The notes beneath the pieces are model-generated. The model did not search any database and was not told where the DNA came from. It saw only the letters and a program-made list of their open reading frames with translations. The translations under genes were made by a program, and so were the position numbers. 64,000 bases of DNA from Eledone cirrhosa (taxonomy: Eukaryota): contig OZ024742.1 in the NCBI GenBank assembly GCA_964016885.1, positions 58,280,001 through 58,344,000 of the forward strand, written 5' to 3'. This document shows positions 24,230-34,749 of the stretch, one piece after another. Every line of letters begins with the position of its first letter. Within the stretch, counting starts at the first letter, position 1.

Positions 24230-27200
24230 TGACCATGCTGTAAAATGGAGGGGTAGCGAGGGCCCTTGAGTCTAGTAAGACATCCTCTCTAGTGCTGGTG
24301 GCACAAATAAAAGCACCCAGTCCATGCTGTAAAGTGGCACTGGTGTTAGGAAGGGCATCCAACCAGTGTATCAATGCCAAAACGCTTATCAGCACAGTAA
24401 CAAATAGATAGGAACAACAAAATATGAAGACGTTGCTTCTCAGAGTTGCAACACTTAATGTTGGCACTCTCAGAGGTAGATCTGCTGAAATAGCGGAGAT
24501 GCTGGAGAGAAGGCAGGTGGATGTGTGCTGCGTGCAAGAGGTGAGATGGAGAGGTGCTTCTGCGAGACTAGTCGTAGGCAAGCGTCTTAGCTATAAGCTA
24601 TTCTGGGTAGGTAAGGATGATGGGCTAGGAGGAGTAGGCATTTTCCTGGCTGAGAAATGGATTAATAAGACAATAGAGGTAGTTCGAGTTAGTAATCGAA
24701 TAATTAAGCTTAGATTAGTTGTAGGTAGGAGACTACTGACAATCATCTCGGCCTATGCTCCCCAAGCAGGCCTAGGCAAAGATGAGAAAGACTGCTTTTA
24801 TGAGCAACTTTTACAAACAACCGCAATGACAGAGGACGGAGACATCGTTATGCTAGCAGGAGACTTCAAAGGTCATGCTGGACAGCTCAAGGATGGTTAC
24901 ACTGGGGTACATGGTGGGCACGGTTACGGTTCAAGAAATGAAGAAGGAGTGAGACTTCTTGAATTTTGTGATGCGGGTACATTGACTATTTGCAACACAA
25001 ACTTCCAGAAACCTGCCAATCACCTAATAACCTACAAATCTGGTGAGCACATAAGCCAGATTGACTTCCTGCTAGTTAGGCAGCGAGACAGGCAGATAGT
25101 GTCTAATACCAAGGCATACCCTGGGGAAGAATGTACCCCACAGCATAGGTTAGTTGTTAGTGATATCTCAGTAAGCAAGAGATGGAATGAGACATATAGG
25201 AAGGTGTGGAGAAGAAAGGTCTGGAAGCCTTTCACTAAAATACAAATTTAGGAAAGCCCTTCAAGATGTATATGACGAAAAAGAAGACGATTTAGAGACG
25301 TATGACATAGATAATAACTGGAATTTCTTACGTGACAACTTGCTGCAGGCTACTGATGAAACCTGTGGCTGGAGCAGAGCTCCAACCAGACAGAGAGTGA
25401 CCTGGTGGTGGAACAGCACAGTAGATAAGGCTATTAGAGACAAAAGACTAGCATGGAAGGCTTGGAAAAAGGGTGGGAGTAGGGAAGAATATACAGCCAC
25501 TAAGAGAGAAGCTAGACGTCAGGTGTACTTAGCACGCAGGGAGGCAGAGAGTAGGAGGTTTGCCAATGTTCTGTGACGGGAAGATCAGAGGCGTGCAGTG
25601 TTCCACATTGCAAAGCAGTGTGTCAATGCAAATCAGGATGTTGTTGGAGATAAATATGTCCAGAATCATTCCGGTGTACTTAGTGTCACGAATGATCAAA
25701 AAAAGGAGGCCTGGAAATGTCATTATGAGAGACTGATGAATGTGGAGAACGAATGGGAGAGAGAGAAATTACCCTTGGTGGATCCGACAGAGGGACCAGC
25801 TATTGAGATTGACGAATATAGGGTCCAAGAGGCGATTAGGGAAATGAAAAATGGTAAGGCTGCCAGACCATTGGGAATAGTTGCTGAGATGCTGAAGGCA
25901 TCAGGGGACGTAGGCACTAAACTGGTTGCACGCATCATCAATCAGGCTATATATGGTGGTGTCATACCCAAAGATTGGTGCAGCAGTATTCTCATAAATT
26001 GCTACAAAGGTAAAGGGGATGCTTTGGAGAGGAGCAATTATAGGGGTATAAAACTGATAGATCAGGTTATGAAAGTGGCAGAAAGGATTTTAGCACAACT
26101 AATTAGAGAAAGGGTCAAACTAGATGAGATGCAGTTTGGTTTTGTGCCTGGGAAGAGTACAACAGATGCCCTCTTCTTGGTGAGACAAATGCAAGAGAGG
26201 TTCTTAGAGAAGAATAAGCCACTATACTTAGCCTTTGTTGACCTAGAGAAGGCCTTTGATAGGGTACCCCGATCTGTCATCTGGTGGTCCCTAAGGAAGC
26301 TGGGTGTTGAGGAATGGCTTGTGAGGACAGTGCAAACTTTGTACAGAGGTACTCTCAGTAAAGTCAGGGTAGGAATGGAGTTTAGTGAGGAATTCCAGAT
26401 ACAAGTAGGAGTACATCAGGGTTCGGTCCTCAGCCCGCTCTTGTTAATTATAGTCCTCCAAGCCATAACAGAGGAGTTTAAGACTGGCTGTCCATGGGAA
26501 CTTCTCTATGCTGACGATCTGGCTCTTATGGCAGAATCAGTAGAGGAGCTAGAGAATAAATTCCGGCTATGGAAACAGCAGTTGGAAGCAAGAGGACAGA
26601 GTAAATCTAGCTAAGACAAAAGTGTTGATGAGTAGAAAAGAGGACAAAACCCTGATTCCGTCAGGGAAATGGCCATGTTCGATATGCAGAAAAGGAACTG
26701 GCATAAATTCTATAAAATGCACACAATGCAGGTCCTGGGTACACAAGAGATGTAGCGGGATAGCAAGCAAACTAACAGGTAGGGAGAAATATGTATGCAG
26801 TAGATGTACAGGGAAATTAGACAGTAGAAGTCGCACTGATAGAGGGCGCTATAGAAGTGGTGGATAGCTTCCGGTACCTAGGAGATCAGATTAGCATGGG
26901 AGGAGGGTGTTCCGAGGCCATAGTATCTAGAATAAGGACGGGTTGGAAGAAGTTTAGGGAGCTGCTTCCTCTGTTGACGAAGATTGGTTTCTCCCTGCGT
27001 ACGAAAGGCCGGTTGTATGATGCCTGTGTGAGGAACGCGATGCTGCATGGTAGCGAGACATGGGCAGCAAGTGCAGAGGATATGCGACGGCTGGAGAGAA
27101 ATGAGGCAAGCATGATCCGTTGGATGTGCAGTGTAAATGTGCGTGAACGACCCAGCATAAATGTGTTGAGAGAGAAACTGTGTCTGAGAGGGATAGAATG

Positions 27201-27441
27201 TAGTGTACGGGAGAGGAGTCTGAGGTCGTATGGACATGTGATGCGCATGGAGGATGACCGATGGGTGAAGAAGTGCAAGGAATTGCCAGTTGAAGGAAGA
27301 CGTGGTAGAGGTAGACCACGAAAAACATGGGCGGAGGTGGTGAGAACAGACCTCAGATCATTGAAGCTCACGGTGGAGATGACGAGGGACCGAGTGGAGA
27401 GATGCTGTGCAAGCAGGGAAAAGCGGACGTAAAATGATGAT
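24230..27441 (+). mobile_element. RTE LINE family C, full-length but disabled
   Basis: ATG at 24424 (MKTLLLRVATLNVGTLRGR, APE); RT and PHD fragments; short 3' end ggacgtaaaatgatgat. Confidence 0.93.
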
Positions 27442-27559
27442 AACGAAGGAGGTGTGGTAAGGAACCAGATGGACCATAACGCACTAGAGTACTCAATACT
27501 TAGGGTAGTAGAGTGGGTAATAGGAAAATGTTTAACCCCAGGGTTAAACATTTTCCTAT
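27442..27559 (-). mobile_element. Fold-back pLTR-like element, copy 3 of 3 (minimal arms)
   Basis: Same 80-bp extension; arms ataggaaaatgtttaaccc / gggttaaacattttcctat. Confidence 0.75.
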
Positions 27560-27571
27560 ATATATATATAT

Positions 27572-29310
27572 AATCAGAAAGAATTGATCTAGATGAAATG
27601 CAGTTCGGGTTTGTGTCAGGCAAAAGTACCACAGACGCTCTTTTCATTGTACGAGAACTACAGGAGAAGTACCTAGCTAAAAGTAAACCCCTATACTTAG
27701 CTTTCGTCGACTTGGAGAAAGCCTTCGACAGAGTCCCCCTTCCATTATCTGGTGGGCTCTTAGAAAACTAGGTGTTGATGAATGGCTTGTGAGAGCTATA
27801 CAAGCCATGTATAAAGAAACAGTCAGCAAGGTTAGAATTAACAACGAATATAGTGAAGAGTTTAGCGTAAAAGTTGGTGTTCATCAGGGCTCCGTTCTTA
27901 GCCCCCTACTATTTATTATTGCCCTTCAGGCTATAACAGTGGAGTTCAAGACCGGCTGCCCATGGGAACTCCTATACGCAGATCATCTAACGCTCATAGC
28001 TGAATCAATGGCCGAACTAGAGAAGAAATTCCAAACATGGAAGCACGGCCTAGAATCAAAAGGCCTTAAAATTAACCTGGCTAAGACTAAAGTTCTAGTT
28101 TGTAGGAAGGAAAATAGGGCGCCGGTCCCATCCGGGAAATGTCGATGCTCAGTGTGTAGGAAAGGCGTAGGTAGAAACTCCATTTTATGTCCCAAATGCA
28201 AAGTATGGGTGCATAAAAGATGTAGTGGGATCACAGGTAAGCTAACTAAGAACATAGATTTTACATGTGGCCGGTGCTCTGGTGCAATAAGTAGCAGCAA
28301 GTGCCCACCAATACTAGCTCTTTCAATTGCACAGAGGGTTCTATAGAAATAGTGGACAGCTTCCGTTACCTGGGTGATAAAATCAGCAGTGGGGGAGGGT
28401 GCTCTGAAAGTACAGTAGCTAGAGTCAGAACTGGATGGAAAAAGTTCAGAGAGCTTATACCACTATTAGCCGCTAAAGGGTTCTCCCTAAAAATGAAAGG
28501 CAGGCTGTATGATGCCTGCATACGAACAGCAATGTTGCATGGCAGTGAGACCTGGGCATTGTGTGCAGAGGATATACGCAGACTAGAGAGGAAAGAAGCT
28601 TGCATGCTCCGCTGGATGTGTAATAGTAATATACGTGAACGGCAAAGCATTAACGAACTAAGGGAAAAATTAGAAATAAGAGGGATCAGATGTTGTTTAC
28701 TCGAGAGAAGGCTACATTGGTATGGTCACGTGATGTGCATGAAAGACGACAGCTGTATAAAAAAGTGCAGAGCAATAAAAATAGACGGTAGCCACGGAGT
28801 AGGCAGACCCAGAAAAACCTGGGACGACTTGATAAATTCTGACCTCACATACTTACACCTCTCCAAGACAATGTCACTGGACCGAGATCTTTGAAGGTAC
28901 TCAGTAATAGAGAAGACCCGCCTTACCTAAATACAAAGTAAAACCTACTACAGTCAGTAGGCACCTCTAACAAAATACACCCCCGTCCCATCCACACCAC
29001 CCCTTTCAATGTAAAGTTATGTTGGTACCACAACATCCAGGCCGAAACAAATGAGGTCGTGTAGGTGTCATGACAAAAAAACACACAGTCCACGCTGTAA
29101 TGTGGCCGTGTAGGTAACACAGTAAAAACCTCCCAGTTCCACACTATAAATGTGGTTGGTGTTAGGAAGAGCATCCAGCCGTAGAAAACCCGCCAGACAG
29201 TCCTATGCGAGCAAGACAACCACTCTTGCCTCAAGTGGGAAAACTCCCGTCCAAACCCATGCAAGCGTGGAATATGGACGTTAAACGATGATGATGATGA
29301 TAATGATGAT
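27572..29310 (+). mobile_element. RTE LINE family B, 5'-truncated, inverted relative to 20449-22210
   Basis: RT-PHD-C-terminal fragments nearly identical to the 20-24k copy; (GAT)n tail. Confidence 0.95.
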
Positions 29311-30029
29311 GAATCGTTTTACGTTCATTTATTTTATTTATTATTAAAGTTTATATTTATATATATATATATATAACTTTAATAATAAATCACTGTGCAG
29401 CAGGAAGTTGTGAGCATGAGCAATGGAGACAGCCAAGAAGTTATTATATAACCTTCCATGTATGAGAGAAATAAGATTTATTACTACTGTTACTGATGAT
29501 GATGGCAGCAGTGGCAGTTATTTCGCCATTAACTAAAAGCCAAGATTTCTTGCAAGGAAGCAATGAAAATGACCCGACCTAAACTTCTGACCTATTCCTA
29601 AACTTCTATTAATAGCCTCTCATCATTTAATGGTGGTGACTGATAGACAGTGGTACCAGGGGTGGTGGTGACGAAAAATTAAAAAAAAAATTATGGAAAA
29701 TTCAGAGAATGTTATCAAGGAATTATTGAGATTTCTTTTCTTTTTTAAATATACGTGGCAGTTGTGTTACTATTCTAAGAACCATGTGTGTGTTCTGCAG
29801 AGAAGAGAGAACCAAATACCACGGCTTGACCGACCGCTTTGTTCTCGCGCCTGACGCTCTCAAGTGTTCTCAATCTCCGACCTACGGCAGCCCACCTGTG
29901 GAAAGGAGCCCCATTACGGATGAGGAACTCAAGAACTCATTCGATCGTCTAAAAATAAGATATCTGGATATGGCTCTTTGAGCACAAAGATTATTTAAAT
30001 TTCAGAAAGATATATTCTTTTCATGTTAC

Positions 30030-30376
30030 AATATTAAAGAAAAAATGTAAGGGAAGGGGTGAACAACCGAGCCAACACCAGAGCAAAAGACAGCAGCGAG
30101 GGGTACGGGGCAACCGCTCTAATGATTTTTGAGGCAAGCCAGCACACTCGCAGCGTTGCCTTGGGTGATGGCGAGGCTGATGCGCTGAAACAGCCAGTTA
30201 CCTCTATTAGGCGAGCCGCCAGTGAAGAGAGGAACCTCGAAGTCAGCGGCCCGACTCCCTCAAACGTCTCGAAAGCCACAGGATGAAAAATGTAGCTGGC
30301 CGACAAATCAGAGTATTTGAGGGTCTTACTCCGCTTGGCCGCGAAAGCTGTGGCTCTCGTCCTAACCGCAGCATTA
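30030..30376 (-). mobile_element. 3' fragment of a restriction-like-endonuclease (CRE-like) non-LTR element
   Basis: AAKRSKTLKYSDLSASYIFHPVAFETFEGVGP...LAARLIEVTG...ITQGNAASVL-type C-terminus. Confidence 0.7.
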
Positions 30377-30379
30377 TTT

Positions 30380-30566
30380 AATGGATTGGCAGTATCGGTA
30401 GAGGGTCGGACGCCATGCTTTCAAGCATAGTTACGTCCCTTTACGATCCGAGTTCAAATCCCGCCGAGGTTGACTTTGCCTTTCATCCTTACGGGGTCGA
30501 TAAAATAAAGTACCAGTAATGAACTGGGTATTTTGCTGACCTTGTGCCTAAAGTAGAAACAATTAT
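30380..30566 (+). mobile_element. tRNA-derived SINE
   Basis: Box A and box B; same family as 17270. Confidence 0.85.
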
Positions 30567-30569
30567 TTA

Positions 30570-30770
30570 AATTGCATATGAATCAATAAAAGCCCCATCA
30601 CTACATGTCTTTAATACTTCATTTGCATCTGGAGTGTTCCCGGATAAAACGAAAATAGCAAAATTCATGTCTCTTTTTAAATCAGGAACAGACCAGACAG
30701 AAGTAATTATCAACCAATATCACTTTTGCCAATCTTCTCCAAATTGTTGGAGAGACTCATGCATTCTCTC
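30570..30770 (+). mobile_element. L2/CR1-group RT fragment
   Basis: HVFNTSFASGVFPDKTKIAK...NYQPISLLPIFSKLLERL. Confidence 0.6.
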
Positions 30771-31079
30771 GCTTTGGTCGTATATTTTGGTGGGTTGTAT
30801 TTATTATATGTGTTTATATTTTCATTTTGAAAGAATTGTGAGCAATTTGTAATGTTATTTATACAACTGTGAATAAAATAATAAGTACTTTATATTTCAA
30901 GTGTAAAGTCAAGAAAGGCCACAAAAGCTGTTCAGATGTTGGTGATTTAAACCTATTTCTCACAGTACTGTAAAATGTGGAACCAATTCACGGTTTAGCG
31001 TAGTTTCTGATGAAACGAAATATTTAATCATGTGGGTGATGGAACATCTACCCTAAACATGTTAATTAAAGTTATCATC

Positions 31080-31383
31080 AAAATAGAAACATGATGTCGT
31101 TGACTTTCGGAAACATTTTTTCACGCTCAGAGTTGCTGCAAGCATGGAACAAACTACCTGCATCAGTTGTTAGCTGTCGAGACACTGCATACTTTAAAGC
31201 CGCCATGCTTCCCGATTCGCCAACACTACACCTAATGTTCCCCCTCCATATACATACACACATGTATACCATGACTCATACACTATTCACTTCCCTGACA
31301 TTTGTATATGTACTATACATGCACCTTTGACGAGTTGTAGTGCACCTGAGCACTTTACACAATAATTTCATTATTATTATTAT
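31080..31383 (+). mobile_element. CR1/L2-group 3' end
   Basis: RKHFFTLRV..AWNKLPASVVS...YFK motif followed by an (ATT)n tail. Confidence 0.65.
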
Positions 31384-31824
31384 ATAACTAAGTTTGTACT
31401 TATACATAAATTATCAAAAGATAAACAATTTACAATAAGAAATTAATCAAAATAAATAAATAGCATTTCAACAAACCTCAATCAGTTTATACAAACATGT
31501 CTTTTCTTTTTATGCCATTTCACTATTTAATTTGACGAGATATTCAACTGATATCAAGATGAATTTACCGCGCATTTCTTTGAGTTAAAGAGCAGATCAC
31601 TCTATGTGACTTAGCAACTAACTCTTATTAAATCAGAGGTTAATAGACTACATATTGTTTAAATAAATATATTTACATAATTTATATAGTGAAAAATGGA
31701 ACTATAATTTTTTTTTTTTTATTAAAATATCTCATAAAATAACACGTGAATAAAAACTATACAAATGAATATATTAAAAAAAAAACTTGATATATTTACA
31801 TAGATTCGATTTATATATAGAGGG

Positions 31825-31960
31825 AAATGGAATTATAGTGGTTAGAGCGTTGGGTTGTAAGTTCGATTCCCGGACTGGGCAGTGTGTTGAGTCCTTCAGC
31901 AAGACATTTTATTTCACATTGCTCCAGTTCATTCAGCTTTCGAAATAAGTTGCGACATAA
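31825..31960 (+). mobile_element. tRNA-derived SINE (second family)
   Basis: agtggttagagcgttgg...gttcgattccc...gcaagacattttatttcacattgctccag; relatives at 45166 and 46195. Confidence 0.7.
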
Positions 31961-32064
31961 CTGGTAGCAAACTGTGCTGGCTTTCTCTTTGACAACATCG
32001 GTGGTGTGGATATCAGAGACTGATATGCACGTGCAACTGTTAGACTTCCACAAAAAAACCTCCT

Positions 32065-32450
32065 TACTCGGGTTGCGTTTGAGACGTTTGGGGGAGTCGG
32101 GCTGCTAACTGCAAGATTCCTATCTTCACCGGCGGCTCGCCTAACAGAGGTAACTGGTGAAGGTCGTAAGGGCGCTTGGTTGTTCCAGCGCATAAGCCTA
32201 GCCATCACCCGAGGTAACGTTGCGAGCGTGCTGGCTTGCCAAAACAATCATTAGAGAGATTTCCCAGAGCTCCTCGCGATACTGTTATGTTTTACGCAGC
32301 TCGGTTGTCCACCCCCTTTCGCCTGCTTTTTGTTGTATGTTGTCCCAAATGTGTGTGTGTGTGTTTTCTTTTCCTTTCTTTTTTTTTCTGTTTTCCCTCT
32401 CCCTTTCCTTTATATTATATTTGTTTGTGCTTTTGTTCTGTGTACCTTTA
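32065..32450 (+). mobile_element. Second CRE-like RLE 3' fragment
   Basis: VAFETFGGVG...LTEVTGEGRKGAWLFQRISLAITRGNVASVLA, followed by a T-rich UTR. Confidence 0.7.
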
Positions 32451-32756
32451 TGGTCTGAGTTCAAATCCCGCCGAGGTTAACTTTGCCTTTCATCCTTACG
32501 GGGGTCGATAAAATAAAGCACCAGTTATACCCTGGATTAATTGCTGACCTTGTGCCAAATGTAGAAACAATTATATCTCTTTTGGTGGATTGGCAGTATC
32601 GGTAGAGGGCCGGACGCCATGCTTTGTAGCAAAGAGTTACGGCCCCTTATAGTCTGAGTTCAAATCCCGCCGAGGTTAACTTTGCCTTAACTTTGTCGAT
32701 AAAATAAAGTACCAGTAATACACTGGCCTTGTGTCAAAAGTAGAAACAATTATTAT
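32450..32756 (+). mobile_element. Two tandem tRNA-SINE copies
   Basis: gagttcaaatcccgccgaggttaactttgcc at ~32457 and ~32656. Confidence 0.8.
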
Positions 32757-33143
32757 GGCACTACAACGCTATTAGCTGTCAGTCCAGTGGAAAACAGGCG
32801 AAGGTGACGTCACTCGTCAACGTCGTTTATTTCCGTATTACTACCACGCGTAAGTGGAGTTTTCACGCGTTTTTTTGAGAGAGGGGGAAGAGGAGAGATA
32901 GGGAAAAGAGAGAGAGAGGGAAGACTTAAAAGGGCCAAATTAGAAAACAAATAGAAAACAAGTCATGGTTATAAAGCATATCGATGTAAGTGGAGTTACT
33001 TAAATGAAAATATAGGTGGCTCTTAAAAGGGCCAAATTAGAAAACAAATTTAAGTTAATTAGAAAACAAGTCATTCATAAATTTAAGTTTTATAATCAAA
33101 TTTTTTCACCAACAAATATGACAGTTAATAGCGTTGTAGTGCC
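32757..33143. mobile_element. MITE with 25-bp TIRs (Merlin- or Harbinger-like GG termini)
   Basis: ggcactacaacgctattagctgtca / tgacagttaatagcgttgtagtgcc. Confidence 0.7.
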
Positions 33144-33179
33144 CGCAATTCTCTATCTTTACGTATTTTACGCATAGAT

Positions 33180-33411
33180 ACGAGGGTTGACAAAGATATT
33201 CTCATGGAATGTGACCAAATGAGGTTTATTTTTCAACATAGTCTCCCTTGCGTTCCACACACTTCTTCCATCGGTGTTGCAGTACTGAGATCAATGTTTT
33301 CCTCGGTAGTGGCAGTTGTAGGACGTCCAGACATTGGGTCATCTTCAAGAATCCCCTATCCTTTCCTAAATTCGGCTGCCCACTTTTGCACAAAGGAAAA
33401 TTGTGGTACAA
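33180..33411 (-). mobile_element. Mariner transposase 3' remnant
   Basis: LQHRWKKCVERKGDYVEK* C-terminal Mariner motif; terminus tacgaggg. Confidence 0.75.
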
Positions 33412-34118
33412 TATTGTAAGGTCTGCTTATGTGGATCTTTCAAAAATGAAGGTCCACATTTCGTTGACTTCAATACATTTTATTACATTTTATTGTATTG
33501 TAAACATTAACTTTTATGGAAATTTTATTACAAAATTTCAATTTAGTTCGATTTTATGGAATTTATTTAAGAAAAAATAAAATAAAAAATAATTTGATTG
33601 CCTTTAATAAAGAAGATAAATAGAGTGGAACTGATTTCCAGGTCATACTAATGAAACAAGGTTTTTTCCATTACTGATATTATCTGTCTGCCGCAAGTCC
33701 TGGTAGAAGATGCTACACAAACTAAAGTATTTCACTGAAGGACGCAACATGCTGCAGGATCGAAGAAACGAGCCCATGACTTTATAATGGTTAGTCCAGT
33801 ACCGTAACCCCTAAGGCATGTGCCTTCACAGAGGAAAGGTAAATCATATTATAACAGATTAGATGGGTACTATGTTAGATATTACTGTGTCATATTATAC
33901 CAAAGAGGAAGTGTGCTGTATAATAAATATTGATATCAGGTTGATTCAATAACTACCTGGTCCCAAATATGAACCCATGAACTTATGGTCGTCAGTCAAA
34001 CACTTTAACCATTGTATGTATGTATGTATACATGTATGGATGGATGTATGTATGTGTGTATACATTTATGTATGGATGTATGGATGGATGTATGCATGTA
34101 TGTATACATGTATATATG

Positions 34119-34725
34119 TCAGGTCACCAGTTGGTGCTACTGGTAACATATATCCCAGTACAACCTGTCTCATGGTCGGGTCGTTGGTGACTAAACTGGC
34201 AACCCCACCAAGGTTTCTTGGTGAGGAGGGTGACTTTGGACATCCTGCAGGACTAAAAACAAAACCTGTCAAAGGGCAAAGGAGCTCTTAAGAGTCAATG
34301 GCCATCCAAAATCACCGGGAGAGATGACCCCTTAGCCTTTGTCAAGGCAGAATTCTAGAAGGAAAACTCTGATATAACACCTGCAACTCTGATGGTATCC
34401 AATGATGTTGACATGTTCTTCTTTTTGGTAAATATCATCTTGGTTAAGGGAGTGGGACTGGCTTTGTGCAGTGCCTTTGCTCACTATAAAAGCTTCACGG
34501 CACAGGCATTGCTTTATATCTGCAGATCTCTCTGCACTTGTCGTCACATGGTGCCATGGGCCCAGCACTATGTGTCAATAATTGTCACAAGTGTAGTGTT
34601 TATACCAGAGTTTTCAAGTCGCTGGCTGGACTAAGAAGTCACACTCATTCAGCGCATCGGTAGGGGTTCTCCTACATGGATATAAAGTAGTGGCTGTAAT
34701 CAAAAACGAGTTGGCAGCCACCATA
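34119..34725 (+). mobile_element. ~600-bp non-autonomous RTE-related element
   Basis: Near-identical inverted copy at 55018-55592, relative at 37220-37770; 3' end cgagttggcagccacc resembles the end of the BovB-like LINE at 37190. Confidence 0.8.
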
Positions 34726-34749
34726 TATGTAAGTATGTATGCGTGTATG

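Noticed and set aside
31003-31030. ctgatga-aac-gaaa motif
   Set aside because: No stem II and no supporting stems I or III.
32800-32860. CRE palindrome (tgacgtca), ttccg and a donor-like gtaagt suggesting a promoter or first exon
   Set aside because: It lies inside a TIR-bounded MITE (32757-33143), and no downstream plus-strand exons were found.
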